DNA of 64,000 bases from Ptychomitrium polyphyllum (GCA_973851085.1 OZ316775.1:2852001-2916000), one strand, 5' to 3'. Positions 26,175 to 39,522 are shown, numbered from the stretch's first letter. The notes: a model not told the origin generated them from the letters alone. Numbers and translations are program-made.

Positions 26175-29100
26175 TGTCATAATGTAATTAATTATATAGT
26201 TTAAAACTTGAGTAGTATTTGTTGTTTGGTGTATTTGGAAAAGAATATTAGAAAAAAGAAATAATTAGATTAAAAAAAAGGGTCGTGGTGAAACCACAAG
26301 TTTTATTTATCTTGGAGGTGGAATTGCATCTTGTTTTAGCTCAAGGTGATTAAGTCGATTGACTGTAGTTTTTCCTGCCTGCCGTTTTTGCTAGCAATAT
26401 CAAGTCAAGTGTAGCTGTTCTACTCAACAAATTCAACAAGAATAAAACTTGGACCAGTTCAACAGCTGAAACTTATCCAGTCAACCAAGTTTATGACTTG
26501 GTGTCTGAACCTATCTTAATAATGGTTTTATTCTTAACTTGTTTCTTGTTGAATTTAAATCTTTTTCTTACTTTTTTAAATTTATTTTAGTTTTTTAGTT
26601 TCTATTTTAGACTTGTAAGGGTTGATTTTATCTTCTTTATAATTGGAACCTATAAGTTTCAACCAAAAGAAAGAAACAAAAGAAAAGCAAAAGAAAAGGA
26701 TTTAGGTTGTTTTTTATTCAAAGATATGGTTAGATAAGGATTTGATAAAAGAGATTAGGAGTTGATGTGGAGAAACATAACTGATGTGGAGAGATAAGCG
26801 GCGGATGTGGCGGTTTGACCTTCGCCCTCTTCTTCTCTCTCGGCCTCTCCCACTAGAATAAGAAGGCAGCCTTTCTTTGGGTGAGATCTCATAGTATATT
26901 TCTTAGTTTGAGTTTATTTTTATTGGAGTTTCTTTCTTTCTTTGTAAGCTTTCCAAAAAGCTATTACACGCTCCATTTGGAATTAGTATGTGATCGTGGC
27001 TTTAATTTGAGAAAAGCTAAGTTAGCTGCCTTGAGTTTCTGAGGGCAGCTAGTTTGAATGTTTGTAACTTCTTGTAGAAACGTCTTTTGTAAGTGAAACT
27101 TTTAGAGTACGGTTTTGATTATTTTGAAAAGATAATGTCAAAATTTGGTGAGCATCGGACTTTTTGAGCAAAAGATACAAAGACAAATACAATCGGGACA
27201 TAGAAGGCAGTGTACAGTAGAGTTTGGGGTTGTGCAATTTGGGTCATTATAGATGATAGAAGGATTTTTTAAGGTTGATATTTTGATAAGGTGTTTATTA
27301 TAGGATACATAACATTTACACAAAATTCAAATTTTGAATTTATTAGAAAACAAGAGTTATGAAGTGATAAAGTGATAGGAATATAGGAGCAATAGTAATG
27401 AAGAATGTAAACTTTGATGTTATGGATCTTAGAGGGTACTAAGGGTTTGGCAACCAAAATTTATATATAACCTATTGAATGTTTTAAAAATGTTTTATTA
27501 AAATTTTAGGTGCTTTGGATTAGTTTGCTAAAAGTTATGACATATTTAGTATTTGGGATTTTTAAGGTAGCATAGAGGGAAAATTTGGGATAAGGTATTT
27601 GCTTCATTGGATGTTAGAAATAGAAACTCTTCATGCATCTTGACCTTGATCAATTAGATGCTAAAAAAAGATCCTATGTTTTTTTTTAGCTACCACTTCC
27701 ACCACGACATTTTGGTGCTTCCACTGAGAGAGCTTTAGGACATTTAGTTTGGTCAAATCAAGATGGATGATACTGGATCTGAAGGAAGTGTAGATGGAAG
27801 AGGTGGTCAAAACCTTGCAGAGGAATTTATGAAGGCCATGCAAACTTTATTGGGCCAACAAATTGCCAATGCAATGGAACAAGGAGCTACTAAGGCATTG
27901 AAGGCAGTTATCAGCAAGATAGGAAGATTTGATGGCAAGAACATTACTGAATTCTTAAGGGTTTATACTTGTGAGATAGAGATCTATGAAGTACTTGAAG
28001 AGAGGATGATTGAAATCTTTGATTTGGTAGTTGTATCAGAAATTAGAGATAGAGTGAGGCAATTGCATGAAGGCAATGATGTGAACATATGGGCCAGATT
28101 TGAAGAGAGGCTTAGAGATGAATATTTTGATGAAGATACTGAGAAGATGTCCAAAAGAGGTTTTTTTGATTGGGTGGAGCAACAACGTGGCAAGTTTATG
28201 GGACCAAATGAGTTGCTTAAGGAATTTGAGAAGAAATTTGGACAACTTTTAGTATCTGAAAAGCGCCTTCTTGAAGTGAGGAAGTCAAAATTGTTTTTAC
28301 AAGCTGCAAATGAGGCACTAGAGGACAGATTGCTTCTTCTTCTTCTTCAAGATAGAGCAGCAAAAGGTGGTTTTACTACCAATTGGAGAAGATTGGAAGA
28401 AGTAGTGAACTTCATTGCCAAACAATAGCATGTGAAGGCTAGGAGATTTGGAGCAAGGATGGAGGCTGCTCAAGCAACAATTAAGAAGGCTCCAACATCA
28501 ACTATATTGACTCCATCAAGCTCTTCAAAAGGTAAAATTGTGGATAATGATACCTTTGAAGAACTCATAAAAGGCATCAGGGAGTTGAAGGTGGAGATGA
28601 GTGCGCTTAAAAGGGATATAAAATCAAATACTCCACAACCTATTGGAGGGCAAAAAGGATTTGTAATAAGGTGTATTTGGTGTAATGATTTGGGCTACAA
28701 ACATGGTGACTGTGGTTTATATGCAGATGCAATGAAACACGGCATTATTACCTTTAAGGAAGGAAGGATTAGAGATGCTGCAACAGAAGAGCCACTAGAA
28801 ACCAATATTGGAAGAGGATGTCACAATCCTTGTAATGCACCTTAACAAACTTCACGTGCATCAACCCTGTACACCTCCACATGCACATGGTTAACTTCCA
28901 TTTTCACTCTCCAAATCCCAAACTGGTTTTTAATTCCCCCTACTATTTCTCTTTGGACATCCAATTGATTGGTACCCAATAGTTACGTACGGACTTCCAT
29001 TCATGTCCAAAGCCTCTCTTAGTGTTACTTCCATTCCACACAGCCTAACCGCATTTAGTCGTGTCTCTTCACTACTACTCATGATTTCCATGTGATCCTA

Positions 29101-30130
29101 AGATCACCGCAAACCATTATGTTGCCGGCATGAAGACACCACACCAACTTAGTGGTAACAAGCGTGCCCTTTTGATCTCACTAGTTTCTTTCGTGAAACC
29201 GGTCATCCACTGGCTTGCAATGATATAGGAGTCCCCATGGTGAAGCCCCGACACACCAAAACTTTGGAAGACCACCCAATCTCCCTTGGAATTTAGCCGC
29301 TAGAAGCCTTTGGGATTTCCCGCGGACCTTTAGAGAGCCATATCTTTCACGTTTGGTATCCAAATCTATCAAATAACCATTCTATTGTCATTTACTCTTA
29401 GCGTAGATGCCAATAAGCTCCTCAAACGTCCAATTTGACTTAATATTCTAGAAGATATGCTTCTCCCGAGGTTCAGAAGTCCCGAGGAGTCCCTCCTTGT
29501 ATTGTCCCAGTCCAATACAGTCACTGTTTAGGGCTGCCACAATCCAGATCAGCCCCTTGGCAGCTCCAACTTTGGAATGCCATATCATTTAGCTTCCTTA
29601 TCCAATTTAAGCAATCTTTAGTATTCTAGAATCAACTCATTGTGAGTCCTCCAGTGCCTACAATTTCTCTCTCGTGGCCCTCGGTCTACATGGGCAAGGA
29701 TGTTTTTCCTCCTTAGGATCCTTCCCACGCTAGGCCTACTCGGGCCACTTCACCATAGGCGCCATAAGTCTCGGACGTCACTCCTGGGTCCCCCTTGTGC
29801 TCTTAGTGTTGCGGGCACTCTTCAAGGAGAGGTGCGCGATAGAGGATGCTTACGAGTCTTTGGATGAAGAAATGGAGAATGAAGTTTTGGAAATGTTCTC
29901 TTCTGGGTTTGTGGCCAAAAGTATGGAGGGTGCAAAGTTTAGCAAACCTAATATAGAGACAGGAGTTACATGCTGCATGGGTGGAGAGTTTTGGGAAGAA
30001 CATGAAAGTGAGACTATGAGAGCTTATACTCAACCATATTAGGCTAGAGCCACCACAGAAACACATGTGAAACTTGGAGACCTTGATGATTTAATATTGG
30101 CTCTTGTGAATCATGGATCAAAGACCAGGT
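26175..30130 (+). mobile_element. 3'-truncated Ty3/gypsy element, family B (5' LTR, PBS, gag, start of protease)
   Basis: LTR 26175-27709 (TGTCAT...ACGACA) is homologous to 45076-46389 and 56576-58124. PBS TGGTGCTTCCACTGAGAG starts at 27713. The gag-like ORF runs from 27763 (GRFDGKNITEFL), with a CIWC...H..C knuckle and a degenerate protease motif ALVNHGS near 30100. Confidence 0.8.
28819..29841 (-). mobile_element. Solo LTR, gypsy family A, nested in the gag of family B
   Basis: Termini TGTCAC...GCGATA with a perfect TSD gagga/gagga. It aligns with 23982-25126 apart from an internal deletion of about 120 bp. Confidence 0.93.
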
Positions 30131-30139
30131 ACTAAATCT

Positions 30140-31112
30140 GGTACTTGAAGGGCACTTTGGACTTTGTATTGTGTTTGGGAGGTGATAATATTGAATTGCA
30201 AGGGTTTTATGATGCGGATTGGGCTGGAGATGCCAATGATAGGCGCTCCGCAACAGGATTTGTTTTCTTTGTTGGAGTGGGAGCCATCTCTTGGAACTGC
30301 AAGAGGCAACCCACAATTGCAAGATCAACCATGGAAGCGAAGTACATGGTGGCAAGTCATGGTGCAATAGAAGCAATGTGGCTAAAGCAACTCTTAGAGG
30401 ACATTAGACTTGTACAAGTGCATGCAACGCCCATCCTGTGTGACAATCGAGGATGTTTTGCCTTTGCCAAGAATTCCAAGCATCACGTACAAACAAAGCA
30501 CATCGACATCCAATATCACTTCATAAGAGAGAAGATTGAAGATGGAGTGATAGATATGAGGTATTGTGCAACAGAGGGCATGCTTGCTGATTTGTTGATA
30601 AAAGCATTGGTAAAAGATAGACACCACTTGTTAATAAGGTCAATTGAATTAAAGGTCCTTTGACCAATAGCAAAGTGGGAGTGTTGAAAAGGGTGGAATA
30701 TATAAAGTGATCATAGTTGAAGTTTCCTTGCGTAAGACTAGAGCTTGATAGGTTGTTAATGGTCAAAGGAGTGTGAAGAAAGAGGCCATAGAGGATTTGG
30801 AGGCTAAGGTTAAGAAAGGACAATAAGGATTTTATATGGTAGCTAGGATTAGGGTAGCTGTTAGGGTTAGGGCGGCCGTAAAGGTTGAGGTGGCGGCTAC
30901 GGCGGCTACGGCGGCTAGGATTGGCTGCCACATGGCATTCATTTAGTGGAGGCAAATGCATGGCCGCCAAGTGGCACACTTTGATGGATGACTCTCAAGT
31001 ATAAGTGAAGGGGTTTTGGAAGTGAGACTCATCTTGCTTTACACTTCTTTTGTTGCAACTTTGCTCTTTCTCTTCTTGCTTGTTGTATTAGCCTTATTGC
31101 ATTTCTTTAATA
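30140..31112 (+). mobile_element. Ty1/copia 3' fragment (RNase H, PPT, 3' LTR), family C
   Basis: ORF with YLKGT...DADWAGD..DRRS..G...ISW...KHIDIQYHFIRE. PPT GCAAAGTGGGAG is followed by LTR 30682-31112, starting TGTTGAAAAG. Confidence 0.92.
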
Positions 31113-32345
31113 AAGGGTGTAATAACCTTCAAGTCTTCAATTTGCTAAGGAAATTGCTGCAAAGATGAAATTTTAGATAGGTCCAAGTGCATAAGAGCGT
31201 TCAACTCTCCAATTTCTAATGGAAGTTGCTGCATGGATGAACACTCACTTATATTCAAGAACATAAGAGCGTTTAATTGCCCAATTTTCTGGGGATGTTG
31301 TTGCAGGGATGAACACCTATATTGACTCAAGGATGTATTAGCATGATACTCTCCAATTTTTTGGGGAAGTTGTTGCAAGGATGAACATCCATGTAGAATC
31401 AAGGATGTAGAAGCCTTTGAATTTCTAATTTGCTAGGGAAGTTGCTGCAAAGATGAGCACCTATATAGACTTAAGGATGTAAGAGCCTTCAACTTTCTAA
31501 TTTGCTGCGGAAGTTGCTGCAACGATGAATTCCTAAATAGGGGCAATTGCATAAGAGCCTTCAACTCTCCAGTTTCTTGTGGAAGTTGTTGCGTAGACAG
31601 ACATCTAGATAGGTCCATGTGTATAAGAGCCTTCAACTGCTCAGTTTGCTGTGGAAGTTGCTGCAAGGATGAATACTTAGATAGGTCCAACTACATAAGA
31701 GCCTTTACCTCTCCAATTTCTTATGGAAGTTGCTGCAAGGATGAACATCCATGTAGATTCAAGGATATAAGAGCCTTCAACTCTCCAATTTGTTAAAGAA
31801 ATTACTAAAAGGATGAACATCTATATAGACTTAAAGACGTAATAGCCTTCAACTCCCTAATTTGCTGGGCAAGTAGCTTCAAGGATGAACACCTTAATAA
31901 CATAAAAGACATAAGAACCTTCAACTTTCTAATTTGCTGGAAAGTTGCTGCAAGGCTAAACACGTAGATAGCTCCAATTCTATAAAAGGCTTCAACTGCC
32001 CAATTTGTTGCAGAAGTTGTTGCAAGGACAAACACTTATGTAGAATCAATAATGTAATAGCCTTCAACTTACTAATTTGCTCTGGAAGTTGCTGCAAGGA
32101 TGAATAGCTAGATAGGTCCAAGTTCGTAAGAGCCTTCATCTCTCCAATTTGTTGAAAAAGTTGTTTGAAGGATGAACACTTAGATATACTCAAGAATGTA
32201 AGAGCCTTCAATTCTCTAATTTGCTGCGCAAGTTGCTACATGGATGAACAACTAGATGGATCCAAGTACATAAGAGCCTTCAACACTCCAATTTTCTGGG
32301 GAAGATTTCTAGGGATGAATACCTATGGAGCCTCAAGGATGTAAT
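31113..32345 (-). pseudogene. Degenerate LRR array, segment 3 (about 17 x 72 bp)
   Basis: Same 72-bp unit with stops, bounded on both sides by copia LTR termini. Confidence 0.9.
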
Positions 32346-33738
32346 TGTTGCAAAGTGTGAAACATACAAAGTGATCCTAGTTGAAGTTTTCTTATGTAGG
32401 ACTAGAACTTGATAGGTTGCTAATGGTCAAAGGGGTGTCAAGGAAGAGGCTATAGGAAATATGGAAGCTAGGATTAAGAAAAAACAACAAGGATTTTGTA
32501 TGGTGGCTAAGGTTAGGTCGGCCGTGAAGGTTAGAGTAGCGGCTACGGCGGCTACGGAGGTTAGGGTTGGATGCCACATGGCACTCATTTTGTGGAGGCA
32601 AATACATGGCCGCCAAGTGGCACATTTTGATGGATGACTCCCAAGTATAAGTAAAGGGGTTTTGGAAGTGAGAGTCATCTTACTCCACACTTCTCTTGTT
32701 GCAACTTTGTTCTTCCTCTTCTTGCTTGTTGTACTAGTGTTGTTACATTTCTTCATCAGGTTATGGGCCCACTCACACTTAATTGTGTCTTTTGAAGTAG
32801 CTTGAAGTGTTTGTAGTTGTTGTTCTTGTGTGGAGCAAGATCACTTGGTAGTTATTGAAGATAGAGTTAGAAACACCTAACTTTGAGGTTTTGCACATGT
32901 AGGTGCTTGGTTTGATGTTTTTTAAGCTCTAGTAGGATTGTGGATGTTGAAACTCCTTGGATAGTGAGTTTTATTGAGTGATGATAATACCTTGATAGTA
33001 TCTTTGTTGAATTCAAGCTCCCTAACACCAACTTGTTGTGCTTGGTGTTGTTGTCTTGTGAGTTCATTGATAAGTGTGCTTATTGAGTGGACTTAGTGAG
33101 TTGAAAGGCTTGTCTTCGGACGCATAGTTGTGAAGACTTGTGAGAAGCATAGGAGTCAAGGAAATAATTTATTTGAAGGTACACTCCTTACCTCTCTTTT
33201 TAAGGCATGGCTTTGAGTGAAAGTGAAGGTTTGAAGGTCATTCAAAAGTTTCATGGTGAGAACTTCTACCAATGGAAGGTTATGATGGAGCTCTTGTTGG
33301 CTTTTTTGGACCTTTGGAACATCATAGATGAGAGTGAGGCTGCTCCACCATTGTCGGCGGATGCAAAGGAGAAGAAGGAGTTCCAACGCCGTGAGAAGAA
33401 GGCTTCTGGCATCCTTGCCATCAACCTTGATGATGCCAACTTCGCCCATATCATCTCTTGCAAAGGACCAGCAGAAGCGTGGAAGACGCTTTGCAACATC
33501 TATGAGAGCAAGAACCTCTCCAACATCATCTTCACAAGGCGGAAGTTCTTGAACTGCAAGATGGAAGAAATGCACAACCTTATGGTGCATGTGAACAAGT
33601 TGAAGGCCCTTGCACGGCAACTTGCCATTGTTGACAAGCCATTGGAGGATTTGGATGTTGCGATTACATTGCTCATAAGCTTGCCGGAGTTCTATAACTA
33701 TCTCATAGTGGTCTTGGAGTCCATTCCCATCAAGGACT
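32346..33738 (+). mobile_element. Ty1/copia 5' part (LTR, PBS, leader, gag), family C-like
   Basis: LTR 32346-32758 (TGTTG...CATCA), PBS GGTTATGGGCCC at 32759, and gag from 33207 (KFHGENFYQWK...DLW...AEAWKTL...LLISLP). Confidence 0.9.
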
Positions 33739-36700
33739 CGTTGGAAATTAGAGTTGTTTGTAGTATTTACGGTGGTGTAAATAATATTGTATTGTAGTAA
33801 ATATAGAAGGAGAGAAAATGGGGAGAAAAGAGGGAGAGGTGAAAACTACTTAAGAGGTATATATATGGTACACGGTCAACGTGGTAGGAACAATCCACAT
33901 GTCGTGCATGGGAAGGCAAGGACTAGTGGATGTATGAGTTGGCATAAAGGAACTTGCAAGTGGCTTTGGAAAGCTACTTGCAAGATACTTGAGAAAGACC
34001 TTAAAAGGTGCTTGAGACATCACTATGTGGTAGTATAAATAAAGGCCTTCGAGAGAAGGCAACATCTCACTCCAAGCATTGTTTGTACTACTTTGTGTAG
34101 TTCTATGCTTGTGCAATCTTCTTCTCTATTTCTAGTGACTTCAATAGGTTATGGACCCACTCATGTGAGTTGCGAGTGTAGAGTTTTGTTGCAAAGTTGT
34201 TTAGAGGAGGTCTTTTGAGAGTTTGAGGTGCATAAGGGCTGATTTGGAGCTTTGGAAGTGCATAAGGGCTGATTTGGAGCATTGGAGGTGTACAAAGGCT
34301 CATTTGGAGTATTGGTGAGCACAAAGGCTGATTTGGAGCCGTGGAGGTGCATTGAAGAATTGGAAACAGCTTGAGAAGGCACAAGGAGTTGGAAGAGCGG
34401 AGGTGGAACACATCAATGTGTTTGGACCTTGTAAGTGTTCAATCCAAGTGGATGTGTTCAATTGCTCTTCAAAGGTGCTGATTTGAGTGAATGATGTGCT
34501 TATATGCACATTGGAGTCTAGGTGGAGCTCTTTGATGTTGTTCAAGTCCATATTTGTATGTATGAGCAAAGAAGGGGCTGATTTGATTGAATGAGGTGCA
34601 AAGTTGTGCATTTGAGTCTAGAAGGAGTGGATTTGAGTGTTTGAGTTGTACCTTTGATCATTTGAGCTTAGAAGGGACTCGTTTGAGAAACTTGAGTGAA
34701 TACTTGCACATCAAAGCCTTGTAGGGGCTGATGTGAGTATTGTAGGTGCTTGCAAGTACGTTGGAGCCTAGAAAAGGCTCAAGTTGAGTGATTGAGGTGC
34801 CTTAGTGCACAATCAAACCTTGGAGGAGTTGATCTTGGCCATTAAAACGTTGTCATGGCCACATTTGAGAGTGAGAGTGCTAGAAGCATTGATAAATTCA
34901 ATGGGAAAAACTTTGGCCTTTGGAAGTTCCGCATGGAGATGGTCTTGTCGTCCATGGACCTTTGAAATATAGTGGAGGAGACCAAGGAACCCCCCGCAAG
35001 TGATGAAGATCCAAAGGTGATAAAGGAGTACAATTGCTGCGCAAAGAAGGCCTTGTCCGTCATTGGATTGAGTTTGATGAATGCCCAACTTGTGTACATC
35101 AAGAGTTGCAAAGGACCAGCGGAAGCATGGAAGGCATTGTGCAACACCCACGAAATAAAGAGCTTGTCCAACATCCTCTTTGTTTGCCGCAAGTTCTTCA
35201 CCATCAAAATGCAAGAAGGTGATGACTTGATGGATTACATCAACCATGTAAGGGAGCTTGCGGATCAACTCACATCCTTCAAGGTCCCCGTGAGAGAGGA
35301 AGATGTAGTGATGACGTTGCTTGAGAGTTTGCCGCCGTCATTTGAGAACTTAATCATTGCCTTGGAGACGTTTTGATTGAAGGACCTCACCTTGGAGTTT
35401 GTAACGGCGAGAATGATGCATGAAATGAACAAGCGCAAGGAGAAGGGGAGCCATGGAAATAATGCGGCCTTGTATTCAAAGCAAACCAAGGAGGGCAGCT
35501 CATCTTTATGTGGAGAATCAAGGTTGTGTTACAATTGTGGCATGTCGGGCCACCTTGCACGAAATTGCACCAAACCAAAGAAGTGAGTGCGCGACAACGC
35601 AAACCAAGCAAAGGACAAGGAGAATGCCAACCATGCAAGGGAGAATGATGACTACGCCTTTGATACTCAAGGTGGTCCTCATTCCAAATCCATGTTCAAG
35701 TGGATCATGGATTCGGGCGCCACAAAGCACATGACACCTCATAGGGTGACATTCGACACATATGAGGTAATTACTCCACGCAACGTGCATTTGGGTGATG
35801 ATAGTGTTGTGGACGCCATTGGATTAGGTTCCATTGTTCTGGAAGTCCTTGTGAGAGGCCATTTGAAAAAGGTCACAATCAAGGACGTCCTCCACGTGCC
35901 CAAGTTGCAAGCAAACTTGCTCTCGGTGAGCAAGCTTGTGTCAAGTGGGTTGAAGGTGCAATTCAATGTGCATGGGTGCACATTGAGGGCACCAAATGGC
36001 GATGTACTTGCGGTAGCCCCTCGTCAAGACAACTTGTACCAAGTCACCTTTACGAAGGTGCATAAGGCGGATGCAGCCAACCTAGCACAATCGTCAACAA
36101 CAAGTGGTGCAATGGAGCTTTGGCATTGCCGACTTGGTCATTTGAATGTGAGAAGTATGCATTTTCTTGCAAGCATGGTAAGCGACATGACCCTTGGTAA
36201 GGATGAATCATCTATACCGTTTTGTGAAGGGTGTGTGCAAGGCAAACAACATAGAGCACCATTTCCAAAGGCTGGAGGCACGCGTGCTATAAAACCATTG
36301 GAAATTGTGCATTCGGATGTGTGTGGCCCAATGAGGACCACTTCCATTGGTGGTGCAAGGTACTTTGTGACCTTCATTGATGACTTTTCGAAGAGGGTGT
36401 GGTTGTACACGTTGAAGACGAAGGGGGAGTGCCTTGAGAAGTTTAAGGAGTTCAAGGCACTTGCGGAGACACAATTAGAGCACAAGATCAAGGCGTTCTG
36501 GTTGGACAATGGTGGGGAGTTCATATCCAAGGCCTTTTGACGCTTCTTAAAGAACCACGGCATCAAGAGGCAACCATCGACACCTTACACGCCAGAGCAA
36601 AACGGAGTGGCGGAGCATGCAAATCGCACCATTGTGGAGATGGCAAGAAGCATGATTCATGCTCAACGCCTCAAGCTCTTGTTTTGGGCGGAAGCAGTGT

Positions 36701-39265
36701 CCAATGCGGTATACATTTGTAATCGGTGTCCTACAAGGGCGCTTGTCACCGTTACACCACAAGAAGCTTGGAATAGCCGCAAGCCATGCGTTGCATACAT
36801 GCGCGTGTTTGGTTGTATTGCATTTGCAAAGGTGCCAGATGCAAAGAGGGGTATGCTCGATGCTAAAGGAACCAAGTGTTTATTTCTTGGATATTGCGAG
36901 GGAACCAAGGCATATCGCCTCATGTGTGTTGAAACACGGAAGATCATTAGGAGTCGTGATGTAGTGTTTGATGAGGATAGCACTAGCGTTGGTCATGGTT
37001 TGGAGATGAGTCCAAGTGGAAGTAGTGAGACGCCTTCGTTGGTTTTGGTGGATGAATCTTCTAAACCAACTCCCTCACACGAGAGTGATGATGATACCAA
37101 GAAGGAAGAGTCGGTGGACGACAAACAAGATGTAACACCTTCACCAACATCCACACGAAGTGAAGGCCTAGAGGTTGAATCCAGACAAGAACCTCGGTAC
37201 CCAACAAGGGAACAACGTCCACTTGGAGAGTGGTGGAAGAACCACATCTTGCCACAACATGAAGAAGAGCGGGCCAATGTGGCCACTCTTGACGATCCAT
37301 TGAATGTAGGCAAAGCAATGAGATCAAAAGATGCCAGCAAGTGGGAGGTGGCCATGCAAGAGGAGTATGACTCATTCACGGCAAATGAGACGTGGGAGTT
37401 GGCTCCGCTTCCAAAGGGTCGTAAGAGCGTTGGATGCAAGTGGGTCTTTTGTACGAAGAAAGACGCTTTGGATGAAGTGGTACGCCACAAGGCACGATTG
37501 GCGGCCAAGGGATTTTTCAAGTTGCGGGAGCCGACTTCCTTGAGACCTTTGCTCCCATGGCCAAGTTCAACACCATTTGGTGCATCCTTGCACTTGGAGC
37601 GGCGTTGGATTTGGAGATCCATCAAATGGATGTGAAGACCGCATTCTTGAATGGCGAGTTGGAGGAGGACATCTACATGAGTCAACCGCAAGGATTTGAA
37701 GAGAAGGGCTTTGAGCATCTTGTGTGCAAGCTCAAGAAGTTGTTGTACGGACTTAAGCAATCACCAAGACCATAGCACCAACGGATTGATTCCTTCTTCA
37801 CCAAGGAAGGCTTCACAAGGAGCAAAGCGGATCATTCCTTGTACATCAAGCAAATCGGTGAGTACTTGTTGATAGCGCTCATCTATGTGGACGACTTGAT
37901 CATCTTGGCTAGTCTTTTGGCAAAGTTGGCATGGCTCAAGGCCAAACTCAATGCGGAGTTTATGATGAGTGATCTTGGAAAGTTGATGTATTGCTTGGGA
38001 GTGGAATTTGAGAGGGATCGCAAGGCACGCACCATCACCATGAGCCAAAGGAAGTACAACAAGGAGGTATTCAAGCGCTTCAACATGGAGGAGTGCAAGC
38101 CCATTGGTACGCCGCTTGATGTAAATGTTAAGTTGTTGAAGCTTTCGGTGGAGGAGCTTGAGGCCATCAAAGGTGAGATGGAAGGCGTGCCATACAAGTC
38201 TAGTGTTGGCTCATTGATGTATGCCATGGTGGCTACACGAGCTGACCTTGCGTTTGCGGTGAGCATGGTGAGCCAATTCATGTCTAGGGCCGGTCCGGCA
38301 CATTGGAGTGCGGTGAAGCGCATCATGCGGTACTTGCAAAGTACCATGGACTACAAGTTGTGCCTTGGTGGTAAGGAGCTTGCCTTGAGGGGGTATTGCA
38401 ATGCAGATTGGGCCGGAGATGCAAATGAGCGTCGTTCAACAACCGGATACGTGTTTTTTGTTGGAGTTGGTGCGATCTCGTGGAATTGTAGGAGGCAACC
38501 TACAATTGCGTTGTCTACAATAGAGGCGGAGTACTTGGCCACTAGCCAAAGCACCAAGGAGGCCATTTGGCTTCAAAAGCTTTTGGCGGATGTGGGGTTT
38601 GTGCAAGAAGATGCTACAACCATCATGTGCAACAACCAAGGATGCATCGCACTTGCAAAGAATCCACACACCACTCACGCACAAAGCACATCGATGTGCA
38701 ACACCACTTCATTCGCGAGAAGTTGGAGAGCGGCTAGATAAGCTTGAAGTATTGCCCGACGGAAGACATGGTTGCTGACGTGTTGACAAAGGCACTTACA
38801 AAGGATCGACATCAACGATTAGCAAAGGAAATGAGATTGCGAGAAGGTAACTACTTGCAAAGTGGGAGTGTTGGAGATTAGAGTTGCTCGTAGTATTTAC
38901 GGTGGTGTAAATAATATTGTATTGTAGTAAATATAAAAGGAGAGAAAATGGGGAGAGGTAAAAGCCACTTAAGAGGTATATATATGGTACATGGTCAACG
39001 TGGTAGGAACAATCCACATGTCGTGCATAGGAAGGCAAGGACTAGTGGGTGTATGAGTTGGCATAAAGGAACTTGCAAGTGGCTTTGGAAAGCTACTTGC
39101 AAGATACTTGAGAAAGACCTTAAAAGGTGCTTGAGATGTCATTATGTGGTAGTATAAGTAAAGGCCTTTGAGAGAAGGCAACATCTCACTCCAAGCGTTG
39201 TTTGTACTACTTTGTGTGGTTCTATGCTTGTGCAATCTTCTTCTCTTTTTTTAGTGACTTCAATA
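33739..39265 (+). mobile_element. Near full-length but mutated Ty1/copia element, family D (5.5 kb)
   Basis: LTRs 33739-34146 and 38869-39265, PBS GGTTATGGACCC and PPT GCAAAGTGGGAG. Domain order is gag, CYNCGMSGHLARNC, WIMDSGAT, LWHCRLGH, HSDVCGP/DNGGEF integrase, DVKTAFLNG/YVDD RT, then RNase H. It carries several stops and frameshifts. Confidence 0.96.
34227..34340 (+). repeat. About four 27-bp tandem repeats in the copia D leader
   Basis: Recurring GGTGCATAAGGGCTGATTTGGAGC(A/T)TT-like unit. Confidence 0.75.
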
Positions 39266-39522
39266 GCAATCACCAAGGGCATGGTACCAATGCATTGATG
39301 CATTCTTTAGGTAGGAAGGATTTGTGAGAAGTGAAGCGGATCATTTTTTATATGTTATGCAAACCATGAAGTTTTTGTTGATTATGATTTTGTATGTGGA
39401 TGACTTGGTCATGTTGGCCAATCTTTTTGAGAAGCTAAAATGATTGAAGGCCAAATTAGGGCAGGAATTTGAAATGAGTAATTTGAGCCAGGAGCACTAT
39501 CGTGTTGGAGTGGGGTTTGTGA
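39266..39522 (+). mobile_element. Ty1/copia RT fragment
   Basis: Translates as QSPRAWYQCIDAFF...LYVDDL, with an internal stop. Confidence 0.85.

Noticed and set aside
32392..32756. Repeated small ORFs (MKKCNNTS..., MCHLAA...) as a gene family
   Set aside because: They lie within copia LTRs and recur only because the LTRs recur.
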